Assembly (NCBI RefSeq): GCF_963921235.1
Contig: NC_086108.1
Coordinates: 37,016,001 to 37,080,000, forward strand
DNA: 64,000 nt
Direction of reading: 5' to 3'
Origin: Mobula hypostoma
Taxonomy: Eukaryota
Within the stretch, counting starts at the first letter, position 1; every line of letters begins with the position of its first letter. The notes under the pieces were generated by a model, which was not told the DNA's origin, made no database searches, and saw only the letters and a program-made list of their open reading frames with translations. A program made the translations under genes and the position numbers. Of this stretch, positions 49,901-64,000 are shown in pieces.

Positions 49901-50959
49901 ATTACATCATGTCATATTTATATCACTGTGCATAGAGCGTAATGGGCTGGCTTGATCAAACCCAAACAATTTGAGCGTCCAGGAGATGTGGTAAAAAGCG
50001 CCCAAGCACAACTAAGTAACTTAAGCCTAATATATTATCATAATAATAGAAAGTAGAAATAAATCACACAAAACACTATGTAGCTAGACACAAAGTTTTC
50101 CACAAAAATTTCAGGGCTCACAATTCTTCGTCACCACTTGATTGTTGCTGTTGTTGGATAAACTCCAAATTTTGATTCACTTGTGAAACCACCCCTGGGT
50201 CATAGGCACTGATCATGATTTCCAGTCTAGGTGAAAACCAAAGAGCCCAGGGAAGGTACACCAATAAATATGAGTTCCACAAACATCGAGAGGCGCACAG
50301 AGACAGACAAACTCTTTGATCATTTGTTCTCATGCCATTATCTCATCCATCAACCAAGTTCTCAAAGTGATCAACAGACATTTAGTCATTAACAGACATC
50401 CTCACGTCAATGGTGCCTGAGAATAAGACAGAGTCTAGTTGCTATCAACAAACATTAGACATTAACAGACGCACAGTGTTACCTTGTACAGACACTTCAC
50501 CTGTTGCAAACTTACTAAGAGTTACGGTGTCATTTTCAACTGATCAGACACTCATTCAATGTTTTAAAAAATTTAATATAACATAGACGCAGTTTGACTA
50601 GTACCTTTGGAGAAACTGAACTAACTTCCTGTGTATTAATTGGCACACTCTATCGATCCTAGCCCAGATCCCAGCTACATTTGACTCTTAGACTTTCGAG
50701 TCAGCTACTGGAACCAGGAAGTAGTTCTATACTAAATAGGAAACAATTTTGAACTACATGCAACCTGGCGACTTGAGAATTCCCTTGATTCTACTTAAGA
50801 ATGAGATGGACAATGTGTGTTTGAACATTGCAACACATGTGATTTTTCATGTTCAATCTATTGGTTACTTTGTTCAATTATTCTCCAGTTATTTTGATTA
50901 CAAACTATTATTTACTCCAATTATAATTTTTAAACTTAACATTCCATTGGGAGACTGAC

Positions 50960-51293
50960 ATTATGTAAATGGATAATTTATCTAGAAGGAATAACTTTAC
51001 TCATCCTAACATTGAACCACAACCTCTGGACTGACTTTTAAGGACTCTACAAGTTGTGTTCTCACTATTTATTGCTTATTTATTTATTACTATTGCTATT
51101 ATTTTTGCTCTTTTCTTTTTGAATTTGCACAGTTTGTTGTCTTTTGCTTGTCTGTCTCTGTTGTGTGCAGTTTTTGTTGATTCTATTGTGTTTCTTTCTA
51201 TTTACTGTGAATGCCCGCAAGCAAATGAATCTCATGTAGTATGTGGTGACATATAAGTACTTTGATAATAAGTTTACTTTGAACTTTGAACTC
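50960..51293 (+). mobile_element. Rex1-type 3'UTR with (TTTGAAC)n tail
   Basis: Reverse counterpart of 15228-15500. Confidence 0.65.
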
Positions 51294-51944
51294 TGAAGTG
51301 GGTAGCAGGGTTGGAGATAATATTAAAGGCAGGTATAGGAAGTATTTGATGGTGACCCTCATTAACCGGTGTCAGAAACAGGTTAAGTTGGGCAACAATG
51401 ACAGGATTCGTACCTGGAGAAATGTGAGTGAGCTGCCTGGCCCTCTGCAGCTTGCCTGAGATACCTAACAGTGGAGAGGGGCCTTCCCTCTTTCAGTGCA
51501 ATCTTCAATTGCACTGTCTTGTGGCAGCTCCCCACGAAGCCATCTAATTTCTCCATCCTACGGCAGTTACAAATGTGCTGCTGGGTACAGCTTTTCCGAG
51601 GTGCACAGTTTTAAGCAGTAATGAGATCAATGAAGCAATGCTTCTGCGTTCTGTCAGCTGGATCCCCAGCGTGATGGAAGCATGAAAAGAGCATGTGTAG
51701 GCTGGGAACAAAAGTCTGGATCACAGCTGTGTGAGCAGTGGTGCGCCACTGACTCGAGGACATCTGTAATTGATGCTGATATCAGTGAAGTTGACGTGTT
51801 CCCCTCATTTCCCTATGTTAAAAGCACTGTATTAATAGATTTTTTGTTACCGGAATACAAACCTGGTATTTGGCCATCTGAGACTACCTATTGCATCAGT
51901 GCAGCTTCCTGTATATTTGGTTTCAGAGCAGAGATATGTCACAG

Positions 51945-52140
51945 CTGGTAGTGCTGCGTCTTCATAGCTCCAGCGACCTGGGTCCAAACCTGGCCTGTCT
52001 GTGTGGAGTTTGCATGTTCTCCTTCTAACTGCTTAGATTTCCTTTGGATGTTCTAGTTTCCTCCCACATTCCCAACACGTGTAGTGCTAGAGTAGGTTAA
52101 ATTGCCTTTAGAGTGTAATGAGTGATAGAATCAGGGAAGA
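51945..52140 (+). mobile_element. Decayed V-SINE
   Basis: CTGTGTGGAGTTTGCATGTTCTCC...TTTCCTCCCACATTCC. Confidence 0.6.
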
Positions 52141-52814
52141 AGGGTGATCATGTAGTTATGACTGCTTCTCAGAACACATCAATTAGAAGGCACTAGAACT
52201 AACCCGCCAACCACACAGATTCCTGCTCCTGACTTGCTTTAGCATCTGCTTATAAACAGTGGACTCATATTCTGTAATTTGCTTGAACTACCTCCCATAG
52301 CCTTCCTGCTTAAATTTCCTGGCTTACTAACACTTATGCTAGAGTTTACAACAGTTGTCATTGATTCTGATGCCAATGTCACTGGGGCCAGTGCCCAAGT
52401 GAGTGTATCTATGTTACTACTCTAGGAAAGAAAATATTCTTGAATTCTGACTAAAATGTACATAAGAAAGTTGTGTAACAGAAGCAATATAAACGTGGTG
52501 CTTTAACATATCAAGATAGTTTTTCACCTGGCTTATCAAGAATGTATCTGCGTTTGAAAAATATCCAGTCTCTGCTTTCCTTGGGTTCCAAGGATAAGAA
52601 AAATATCAAGTAAAAGAAAGTAATGACTTTTTGCTTGAGTAGTGGCTCAAATTTTATTAAATTCCACTGTCTGGTCTCAAGTTCATCACATCGAGTATAG
52701 CATGTTGACACCAAAAGAAGAATCTAAAATGGTGAAAGACTAGATTGATTCTACTTATTGGCACATTGTTCTACAAGCAGGTAGACATTGCTGAGAAGCT
52801 GCAAATAAATATAC

Positions 52815-54110
52815 CATAAGACTAAAAGATTTAGGAGAATTAGACCATTTTGCCCATCGAGTCTGCTCTGCCACTTCATCATGGCTGATCCAATTTTCCT
52901 CTCAGCCCCAATCTCCTGCCTTCTCTCTGTATCTCTTCATGCCCTGACCAATCAAAAATCTATCAAACTCTCCCTTAAATATACTTAAAGACTTGTTTCC
53001 ACAACTGTCAGCGGAAAAGAATTCCACAGATTCACTACTCTCTGTCTAAAGAAATTCCTCCTCATCTCCATTCTAAAAGAACATCCCTTTATTCTGAGGC
53101 TGTGTCCTCTGGTCTTAGACTCTCCCACCATAGGAAACATCCTCTTCACATCCACTCTATCAGCCTTTCACCATTCGATAGGTTTCAATAAGTTCACCCC
53201 TCATTCTTCTGAATTCTAGTGAATACAGGTACAGAGCCATCAGACACTCTTCATATGACAAGCCATTCAATCCTGGAATCATTTTTGTGAATCTCCTTTG
53301 AACCCTCTCCAGTTTTATTACATCCGTTCTCAGATAAAGGGCCCAAAATTCCTCACAATACTCCAAGTGAGGCCTCAACTGTGCTTTATAAATCTCATCA
53401 TTTAACCCTTGCTTTTATATTCTAGTCCTCTTGAGATGATTGGTAACATTTCAGTTACTCTCCTCACTACAGACTCAACCTGCAAATTAACCTTTAGAGA
53501 ACAAGGACTCTGAAGACACTTTGCACCTCAGTATTTTTTGTATTTTCTCTCCAATTAGAAAATAGTCAACCCTTTCATTACTATGGCCTACTCCTGCACC
53601 TATTTCCACCTATCATCATATCGTCTGTAAACTTGGCCAAAAAGCCATCAATTCCATCATCCAAATTATTTACATATAACAGAAAAAGAATCAGTCCCAG
53701 TACCGACCCCTGTGGAATGCCACTCATCACTGGCAGCGAAGTAGAAAAGGCTCTCTTTATTCCTGCCCTTTGCCTCCTGTTAATCAGCCACTGCTTTATC
53801 CATGCTCAAATCTTTCCTGTAATACCATGGGCTCATAACTTGTTTAGCAGCCTCAAGTGTGGCACCTTGTCGAAGGCCTTCTGAAAATCCAAGTACTCCA
53901 CATCAACTGATTCTGTCTTCTGGAATCATTCCAGAATCTAGTGATTTTTGAAAGATCATTATTAATGCCTCCTCGATCTCTTCAGCCAGCTCTTTCAGAA
54001 CCCTGGGGTGTACACCATCTGATTCAGGTGACATATCTATCTTCAGTGTGAATGCTATCATATTATGATCACTTACCCTTAAGGTTTCCTTTACCTTAAG
54101 CTCTCTAATC
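52815..54110 (-). mobile_element. Decayed, internally deleted CR1
   Basis: CCATAAGAC tail; RPHLEYC, LEFRRMRGELIETY; VSDHNMI. Confidence 0.8.
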
Positions 54111-55499
54111 ATCAGGCTACCCATACATAATATGAGGTGTGCTTTTCCAACCTGAGAGAGGCCTCATCATGATAGCGGGAGAGGATTGACATGTTGGAAT
54201 GAGAATAGGGATTGGAACTAAAACGGTTAGCTGCCAGGAAATCCTGTTTGTTGTAAATGTAATGAATAAATAAATATGGCTACATTGTAAATGTCAGCCT
54301 CACCAAAAAATGCTCACATTCTAAGAGTTGAAAAGAATGGACAACTCCCAGTAGTTCAAAACAACTGAAATAAGGCATCCAACTTTGATTTGTTTATGCA
54401 AGGGAAATTTTGTTTTATAATACCTTAATGAGTAACCCAAAATAGTATGCACCAAGAGGGGCTGTTGCCAAATAATATTTTTGGGCTATCCACTCCTTAA
54501 AGTCTAATTTTATGTCATTATTAGTCCTTCACTCAACAGGAAACCATTTTCCCACCTTCCTGTGAAGTCTGAGAATGTGGAAAGTCCTTTCTCTGACACC
54601 TACCTCTTGGCAGGTGATTTTGATATCTACTCCGAGCAAGCTCCCTCTGGAGGTCGATGAGGGCACGTCTTCACCATACACCGTTAGACAGTCTTTGGCG
54701 CTCAAGTTAATCTGTGTTTTTTCTTCAGTACAGCAGCAGAATACCCCTTTGGAATTACAATATTCAGCAGCTGCAGCAAAATTCTTTTTTTTGCCCCCTC
54801 TCGCTGTTTATCGCTCACCCAAGCTGGGGCAATTCAGGCCAGGATCTGATGATTTTTCATGATGGGAAATCTTGCAGAATTATTCCAGCATGGTTTCAAC
54901 AGGCACAATGCTCAGTGATTGAATGTGATGGCACTTCAGCTGATTAGTGAGATGAAATGTTAGGAAGAGTGAAGCTTAAAATCTCTGTTCCTTAATCACC
55001 AACCATATTAGTCGCCCTGAAAACTGTCTAAAACTAAATGCGACCATTCGTAACCCTGGTGATATGTGAACATGTGAATTAAGAATGGGCATTGATTACT
55101 CTGACCATCTAGCTCACTCCTTCCTTTGATGAAAAGATTTCCAAAGAGTTCCAAACATTGGAGAGAAAAGAAATCCCTACCTCTGTTAAATGACAGACAA
55201 CTTATTTTTAAACAGGTTTTCTCATAGAAGTGAACATCTGCTCTACACCCACTTTGCCAAGATCCCTCAATCATACTTGATCTCAATTTGAATGTCAGTC
55301 CACATGTACATAATATCTCAAAGACTGCCTTTTACCACTTCTTCAACCTGACCTGGCTTCCACACCTACTTCAGATCATCAGCTGCTGAAGCCCTTACCC
55401 AACCCTTTCAAAATTCAGTATTTAACTGATCAGCTTTTAACTGGCTAGTATTTAACTTGGCCTTCTGGCCAGCTTTTCCCTCTACTGAAATCATTCAAA

Positions 55500-56016
55500 A
55501 ATGGATTATGTTAACTCAGGTAGGGCTGTCTCTCCCTCTCACTCGCTGCTGCCAAGGGAAGGTCTCTGCAATTCAATGGTCTCTCTCTCTCCTTTGATGC
55601 TGCTGGAAGGTGGTACCAAAGTTCTGGGCCTGCAGTTTATGGATTGGACTGTAGTTCAATTAGACTCTTTTGATTTTATGTTTTTATATTGTGTTTTTGC
55701 TTGTTCTTTCTTGTAGGCGTTTGCGCGATTTAATCTTTTGCGCTGTTGATGTTTTTGTTGTTGTTTGTGCAATGTTTTTTAGCGTGGGGGGTTGTTTTTC
55801 TTCTTGCCATTTGTGCAACTTGTTTTTTTTCCGCGTGGAGGGGCTTCGATGTTTTTGTTGCCATTTGCAAGTGGGCGGGAGGGGTGATGTTTTTCTTTGA
55901 ATGGTTTGCATGATTTTCTTTGTTTTGTGGATGTCTAGAGAAGATGAATCTCAGAATTGTATATTGCCTACATCTTTCGATAATAAATGTACTTAGAACT
56001 TTTGAACTTTGAACTT
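55500..56016 (+). mobile_element. LINE-like 3' end, GT-rich, with (GAACTTT)n tail
   Basis: AATAAA then GAACTTTTGAACTTTGAACTTT; related minus-strand copy near 63240. Confidence 0.5.
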
Positions 56017-56369
56017 TCCACATTCTGAATCAATGTGGCAGAATCTTAAACATTATAAATGCTTACACCCCAGAGTACAGGACAAAAAACACAAATTCAA
56101 CATAATCAAGGATATAAAGTCTGTTTTTAATTTGTCTGCTGGTGACAGACTCTGTTCAGTACATGTAAAGATAATTTTAACTTAAACCATCTATTTGGAA
56201 ATAGCAGGGATTAGCTTTATATCAAATTAGATCTTGGTGCTGTTGAAAAGGTTAGGGAGTAATGTTGGACAGCGTGTAAAAGGCACCATCCATTTCTGAA
56301 GATTCCTTCCTTCAAAATGGACTTAAAGTAATACGGAAATTTCTCAGTACCATAAACAAACACCTTTGT

Positions 56370-56783
56370 ACTACTCAAAAGGCCAGTAAAATCAATAAGG
56401 ATTCCGTTCATCCTGCTTATGGATGGTTTGCTCCACTCCCATCCAGTGAAGAGGATCCACAGAATGCACACCAGGACCACTAGACTCAAAAACAGTCTTC
56501 CCTGAAACTGTCCGGCTGATCAACACCTCCACGTATTAACCCACTCCACCACCACTACGTCCACATAAGCCCCCCAGCACCCTTCTTTATCCCATGGGCT
56601 GCCACTTTACAATTACAGTCCACACCAGTCATGTCCTATTGTGTCCTCATATGCCCTGGTGCTACCTCAATGAGTTTCTCTTACCAAGAGTCATTTTGTC
56701 ACCTTATCATTTCCTGTGAGAGTCACCTTATGTTCGGATACGCCTCCAACTTGTGCCACTTTATCAGTCAATATATACAATCA

Positions 56784-56832
<49 letters not shown>

Positions 56833-56893
56833 ATCATTTCATTTTCTTTTACATTTGCATACTGAAGAATAAAAATAAACTATCTTGAATCTT
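56370..56893 (+). mobile_element. Rex1-type 3' end containing (TA)20 at 56785-56824
   Basis: ACCAGGACCACTAGACTCAAAAACAG C-terminal motif; AATAAA then TCTTGAATCTT tail. Confidence 0.55.
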
Positions 56894-57326
56894 AAATGTT
56901 GAATCTCAATAGAAGCTGTTGATTATCTAATGGTATGGGCGTTCCAATAAAGGATAGGCGACAAATTTCGAGGATCACTGGTAATGTGGAGATAAGGGAA
57001 TGTAGGGATTTAAGGAAGGAGCTCTGAGGAAGGGTCTTTGACCTGAGACCAGTTCTGTTACTCTGAGCTGCTAAGTCTTTCCAATGATTTCTGGTTTTAT
57101 TTTACAGCTGTAGGGATTTCCTATGTGACTCAACAATCCTGAACAAGCACCTTTTTTCAATCACGATCACCAAATGAATAATTGCAGGAAATAACAACCC
57201 AATAGCTGTTGTTCAGACCCTCACATTTCAGGTTTCAATAGAGACAGGCTGTGGATATGACCAATTAGGTTGCATGAAAAGCCACATTCATGAGGTAAGC
57301 ACATTTTCAGGAGCAGGAGCCTTTCT

Positions 57327-58440
57327 TGAATTGAATTGATTTTATCTCTTACATCCTTCACATACACGAGGAGTAAAAATCTTTACGTGACATGTCTGTC
57401 TAAATGTGCAATGTGTAATCATAGTAATTTAGAATAATTTATAAAAAAATAGAACATTCAATGTAACATAGAAATACACTCAAATCAGTATCAGTTAATC
57501 GGTCTGATGGGCTGGTGGAAGAAGCTGTCCCAGAGCCTGTTGGTCCTGGCTTTTATGCTGAGGTACTGCTTCCTCGATGGTAGCAGCTAGAATATACTGT
57601 GGTTGGGTGACTCGGGTCCCCAATGATCTTTCGGGCCCTTCTTTCACACCTGTCTAAATAAACGTTCTGAATCATGGGAAGGTCACAACTACAGATGCGC
57701 TGGGCTGTCTGTACCACTCTCTGTAGAATCCTGCGATTAAGGGAGGTACAGTTCCCATACCAGGCAGTGATGCAGCCAGTCAGGATACTCTCAATTGTAC
57801 CCCTGCAGAAAATTCTTAGGATCTGGGGGGGTTGTCACACCAAACTTCCTCAACTGTCTGAGGTGAAAAAGGTGCTGTTGTGCCTTCTTCACCACACAGC
57901 TGGTGTGTACAGATCACATGAGGCTCTCGCTGTTGTGGATGCTGAGGAACTTAAAGCTGTTTACCCTCTCAACCCCAGATCCACTGATGTCAATAGTGGT
58001 TAGCCCATCTCCATTCCTCCTGTAATCCACAACCAGCTCCTTTGTTTTTGCGACATTGAGGGAGAAGTTGTTTTCTTGACACCACTGTGACAGAGAGATG
58101 ATTTCTTCTCTATAGGCCACCTCGTTATTGTTTAAGATTAGGCCAATCAATGCAGTGTTGTCAACAAATTTAATTAGCAGATTAGAGCTGTGGGTGGCGA
58201 CACAGTCATGGGTATACAAGGAGTAAAAGAGGGGACTTAGTACAGAGCCCTGAGGGGCTCTTGTGTTGAGAGTCAGAGGGGCAGAGGTGAGGGAGCCTAC
58301 TCTTCCCACCTGCTGGCGATCTGACAGGAAGTTCAAGATCCAGCTACAAAGGCAGGGTCAAGGCTAAGGTCCCTGAGCTTCCTGTTGAGCCTGGGTGGAA
58401 GTATGGTGTTGAATGCTGAACTGTAGTCCAAGAACAGTAT
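57327..58440 (-). mobile_element. Rex1/Babar LINE fragment
   Basis: [52 protein letters not shown]. Confidence 0.88.
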
Positions 58441-58561
58441 ACTCATATAAGCATTCAATGCCCAACCAACAAATCGTAAACAGTCCGACATTATCACTTC
58501 CACTCTCCGATAAACTTCATACCATACCATTCAGTTACCACCTCAATGTTGTGACCTACCA

Positions 58562-59715
58562 CCTCATTGACTATAGCTCAGTATTTAATACCATCATTCC
58601 CACGATCCTGATTCAGAATTTACAGAACTTGTGCCTCTGCACCTCCCTCTGCAATTGGATCCTTGACTTCCTAACCAGAAGACCACAATCTATGCAGATT
58701 GGCGATAGCTCCTCCTTGCTGACGATCAACACTGGTGGACCTCAGGGGTGTGTGCTTAGTCCACTGCTCTACTCTGTCTATACCCATGACTATGTGGCTA
58801 GGCATAGCTCAAATACCATCTATAAATTTGCTGATGATACTGGTAGAATCTCAGATGGAGATGAGAGGGCATACAGGAGTGAGATATGCCAACTAGTGGA
58901 GTGGTGCCGCAGCAACAACCTGGCACTCAACGTCAGTAAGACAAAAGCGATGATTGTAGATTTCAGGAAGGGTAAGACGAAGGAACACACATCAATCCTC
59001 ATTGAGGGATCAGAATTGGAGAGAGCGAGCAGTTTCAAGTTCCTGGGTGTCAAGATCTCTGAGGACCTAACCTGATCCCAACATATTAATGCGGTTACAA
59101 AGAAGGCAAGACAGTGGCTGTTATTTATTAGGAGTTTGAAGAGATTTGGCATGTCAACAAATGGACTCAAAAACTTCTATAGATGTACCATGGAGAGCAT
59201 TCTGATAGGCTGCATCACAGTCTGGCATGGAGGGGCTACTGCACAGGACCGAAAGAAGCTGCAAAGTGTTATAAATTTAGTCAACTCCATCTTTGGCATT
59301 AACATGCAAAGTACACAGGACATCTTCAAGAAGTGGTGTCTCAGAAAGGCAGCGTCCATTATTAAGGACCTCCAGTAACCATGCATGCTCTTTTCTTGCT
59401 GTTACCATCAGGTAGGAGATACAGAAACCTGAAGGCACACACTCAGCGATTCAGGATCAGCTTCTTCCCCTCTGCCACCCGATTCCTAAATGGACATTGA
59501 ACCTGTGAACACTACATCATTTTTAAAATATATATTATTTCTGTTTTTGCACAATTTTAATTATATTCAATACACAAACATGTGTATACTGTAATTGATT
59601 TACTTATTTATTATTATTTTTTCTTCTTCTATATTATGTATTGCATTAAGTTGCTGCTGGTAAGTTAACAAATTTCACGACACATGCCAGTGATAATAAA
59701 CTTGATACTGATTCA
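58562..59715 (+). mobile_element. Rex1/Babar LINE fragment (different subfamily)
   Basis: [43 protein letters not shown] tail near 59695. Confidence 0.9.
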
Positions 59716-62219
59716 AAGTAGTGCCCCAGCACCTATCTCAGTTTCCATACGCTCTCCTGCTGCAGGCTTCTAAACCAACAGGCCTGCTGAGTTGCAACCA
59801 GGAGGGACAGTCAAAAAAAAGTCAACTAAAATCTGCAGGCTGCTTGGGAAATCAGTACTTTCAGATTTCTGGTTCATAAATACTTGCACCAATAAACTCA
59901 TCTGCAGCCACACCCACTCTAAAATTCACACCCCAGTTATTTAATTCGAGTGTTCCGGTGAGTTAAATAAAAGGTGCAGGCTGTGCCTGTTCTGCGATAT
60001 CTTGCATTGTCATTCCAAACTTCCAACTTGAAACATCTGAACCATGAAAAGGTTCTGGAAACTCAGTGAAGCACCCAGCAAGCGAAAAACGAAACACCTT
60101 GGGCCATCAATTCCAACAAGTGCAGAGAAAACATGGGTGTGGAAGTCTTTTCATTCAAATCAACTTTCTATAGTCTGAGAAACTATTCTGCAAACTAGGA
60201 TGGGATCAATCCCACGTTATACTTCCTTCTTTTTCAAGTGCCTCTCTGCCTTCAGGCATAGGAAACATGGATAAGGTGAATAAAACATGCAGGATATTTT
60301 TTGATAAAGAAAAATATTGCTTTCTCCAGTAACCAACCTAAATCTGAATATAACATTTTCTTTCCTAGAATACCTCTGCATATCACTGTTTGAAGAGGAA
60401 ATGTGAAGCATGTGGTATAATTTGAAACACAGGAAGGAAAACAGGCCTTCAGTTTGTTCAATCTGTTCTGCCATTCATCAAGCCCTTGAGTGCTCTGCCT
60501 CCTAATTCCATATCCCCATCTACACTCTATATTCCTTGCACCAGCACACGGTCACAGCTAGATGCAACATATTAATGATGCAAGATCTACAGGCTATGAA
60601 ACTAATAGAAGAAGCAATATCGAATGAAGTAAAATAAAGGGCAATTTTAAGTCAACCCACCACTGGATAAACAATGTCTTACGTTTAGCTCAATTTTGTA
60701 GACATTTTAAGATAATTTTAGGCGGAACATAAAATTTGCATTCCATTCGCATCCTCATTTTCATCATTGACCATCACCCAATCTTGTGTGATGGTATTGG
60801 GTTCCCTGTCTGCAAAGCCCTAAATTCTAAAGGAAATTTATGCTCTATCCAATGTAGGTATCTCTGGGTATCCTCCCTATAGGGAGCTTATACAGAATCC
60901 AGGCTACTCTTCAAAGACAAGCTTACCTCCCTGTCTAGTCTCTGTGGCAAGGCCTAGCTGTCAATATCCACAACATGAGTTATGGGTCCCCTCTCCCTAC
61001 CAAGGAGCTAACAAAGTAGTTTAAAAACAGTTTGTTTTATTTTTAATGATACATGTCTAATTTTAGACAAATAGTTCTTAACACACTTTTAACACACACA
61101 GAGGATTTCTGACTTATAAATTACAATTGATTTATAAACTACAAGGGATTTCCAAATACAGGTTCAATTCTTATGATCTAAAAGAACATGCAAGTGAGTT
61201 GCAGGTGACTTAATCATCTGTCAAAGGAACCAAGCTAGTATTATAAAGGTTTGGCGATAAAATATGAGCTCCAAGAGATTATCACATTTCTTTCTCCAGC
61301 AGCCCCAGCAGTGTTTTGCAAATAATTTCACTTTTAACCCTCAGTGACCTCTTTTGGAGGCTTCCTGAATTCTTTACTTCCAGAGTATAGAATCCCAGAT
61401 GAGGTGAAAACTATTATTAAGTCAAATAACATCATGTTTATGATGTCCCAATGTGCCCATTAAAACTTACTTCATCAAGCACCTTGTGTTTTGAGGCCCC
61501 AGTGGTCTGCTATAAGCCTAAAGTGCTGATAAAAGCTCTGTTTACCCATTATCAATTATACTGCTGCATTGCTGGCTGGCAAGACCACTCATCGAATGAG
61601 TTTTTACATAATAAACCCTTGCTGTCAATAAGATCATTAAGTAGTGTGTGTAGAAACCAAACATCTAATATCTATAAATGAAATTGAAAGGTTGTTTTTG
61701 GCTATCCTTGTTTACAAGACACCAGCCTTGGCTCAATTAATTACATTCCCTGGAGTGTAGATCCATCGGTTTAAGCAACTCTGCAGAGAAATGCGAACAC
61801 AATGATAGACTGATGCCCTGACTGACTGGATCACGTTAATTCTGAACTGCCACCTTATGCATTTCCTGCAGCTGCACTTTTTACAGCCATGCAGGATGGA
61901 TCCAGCTGGAGGCCCCATTGCCACAAGCAGCAGAGCAATTCAAAGGCAACATCCAGAACTCCGATGGTGGATCCTGAGGCCAATCCCAACCATTGATGAT
62001 CTTTTGATGGCTTGTTATTGTCAAAGCAATATTAAACTGTTTGTAATTGTCCAAATGATCAGTGGGAGGCAGATGTCCCATGATAGTATTCAAAACAGAG
62101 CAAAATAGGGCAGATGAATATTCACACGCAATCCATTAAAAAAATCTTGTCTTTTCAGTTTTGGGAAGCCATATTTCATACAACAGTGACTAAACTATGA
62201 ACTATATTATTACACAATT

Positions 62220-63060
62220 AGAATCAGGATCAAGTTTACTATCGCTGTGTGATATGCCATGAATTTTGTTTGTTCTGTGGCAACAGTACAGTACACAGAC
62301 AAAGTTACTACAAATGATAAAATAAATAATTAGTGCAAAAATGGAATAATGAGGTAGTGTTCATAGGTTCATGGACTATTTAGAAATCTGATGGTGGAGG
62401 GGAAGAAGCTGTTCCTAAATCATTGAGTGTGGGTTTTCAGTCTCCTGTACATCCTCCCTGATGGTACTAATGTGAAGAGGTTATGCCCCAGATGGTGAGG
62501 ATGATGGATATCACGTTCTTGAGGCACCACCTATTGAAGATGTCCTTGGTAGGGAGGGTTGTGTCAGTGATGGACATGACTGAGGCTACAACACTCCGTA
62601 GCCTCTTCCAATTTTGTGCATTGGAGCCTGCCTCACAGGCTATGATTTAACCAGTTAGAATGCTCTCCACCATATATCTATAGAAATTTGCAAGTATCTT
62701 TGGTGACATACCCAAACATAAGATCCTAAGGGTGGTTGACAAAGTAGATGTTGAGATGTTCTCAATAATAGGATAGGGAAGATAGCTACACATTAAAGGG
62801 CCTGTTAGTTAAAACTGAAGTGTCTAGAAATTTCTTCTCTTCTGGGGTAGTGGAATTATGGAATTCTCTTCTGAGGGTGATGAAGGCCACAATCATTATA
62901 ATGTATAAGATAGATAGAGATTAATATTTGAAAGATCAAAGAATTGTGTATTACATAGAATTTAACAGAAGAGGAGCTGAGGATAGCATTGATCAGTTAT
63001 AATCATATAGCATAGAAAGACAGGCTTGAGGAACCTGGTTTTCTCATGTTCCCATAGTTT
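62220..63060. mobile_element. Rex1 3' fragment (minus, 62220-62715) abutting an old CR1 3' fragment (plus)
   Basis: Inverse of the 59140-59715 motifs, then TTTCTTCTCT...GTGGAATTATGGAATTCTCT. Confidence 0.6.
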
Positions 63061-63239
63061 TGTGTTCAATGTAGTTTCCATTTGGCCATAATGCAAAGAA
63101 TAAAACTAATACAAAATAAACAGTTCAAATCAAAGTGAAAAATCAAACACAGTATATTCCATACAATTACTCATAATTACTTTTGTAAAATTCCTCAGGG
63201 TCAGATTTGATGTCCCCGCACAGAGCAGCACCAATGTCC

Positions 63240-63950
63240 AAAGGTTCATTTATTATTATCAAAGTATACAACTCTGAAATTCTTCTTCTCTAAATAGCCA
63301 CGAAACCAAGAAAGAAAAGACTGGTAGCACAATCATCAAACTCTAAATCCCTACTCCCCACGCAGAAAAATGAACAAAACCAAAACAGGCATATTGACCC
63401 CCAAATATCCCCTCCCTTGCGCACAAAAATGAGGAAGATAGGGCAAAAAGCACAGAATACAAAAAAAAACGTAAGACTGAAAAAATGCCTACAGTTCAAG
63501 TCCACATGCAAAATGCAAAAAACTTGGGCAACGTTCTCCCTCTCCATAGCAGAGTAATCTCACCAGCGATAAAAAGGTAGTCTCCCCATCTCCAGCAGCA
63601 CAGCGATCCCCCAACGATAAAAAGACAGGCAGCCAGCATTTTAATTCCCCATGTTGCTTTAATCACTAAACAATGGAAGCTTTAATCCAGCAAAATGGAG
63701 TTGAATATTGGCTCACAACCATTTACCACGAGATTCCCACACGCTGCCTCTGCCTCCTGGAATCCCCTCGGAGACTGCAGAGCGCTGAAATAACCAAACA
63801 TTCTCCAAACTGAAAATGACAGGTTCCAACAATTCCAGCATCACATTCAAGATATAAACAAATGTAAGAGACATAAAAGAAGCGACATGTATGGCTTCAT
63901 AATCTATCCAGAAAATGTTGACGGAAGGAGTGTTGTACGCAGGCGCCATC
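63240..63950 (-). mobile_element. LINE-derived or non-autonomous repeat, A-rich on plus
   Basis: TTTATTATTATCAAAGTATACAACTCTGAAATTCTTCTTCTC terminus like the 55.9 kb repeat. Confidence 0.45.
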
Positions 63951-64000
63951 TGAGTACCATATGAACACCATGGCTCATGAAAGGAAGTTGAATTTTCAGT

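Noticed and set aside
57327..59715. Apparent inverted duplication of Rex1
   Set aside because: The two halves differ substantially and have different 3' UTRs, so they are independent insertions.

Overview
Eukaryotic, repeat-dense genomic DNA with no confidently identifiable host gene. The repeat set (CR1 LINEs with an esterase ORF1, Rex1/Babar LINEs, Penelope-like elements, V-SINEs) suggests a cartilaginous fish such as a ray; this is inference. The main elements are: a decayed Academ (XPG + Cys8) transposon fragment; a PIF/Harbinger-like MITE; two near-full-length inverted CR1 copies; Tc1-derived elements; Penelope insertions with TSDs and minimal hammerhead ribozymes, one of them an ~890 bp fold-back; a nested LINE stack at 14.5-26.6 kb; a young full-length Gypsy LTR retrotransposon (35492-40034); and older Gypsy relics. 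The most unusual observation is that the young Gypsy has no tRNA-type primer-binding site. Its PBS position is instead complementary to the poly(A)-signal segment of its own LTR, suggesting self-priming or poly(A) occlusion, and its RT motif is YLDN. Boundaries of old repeats are approximate and were read by eye.
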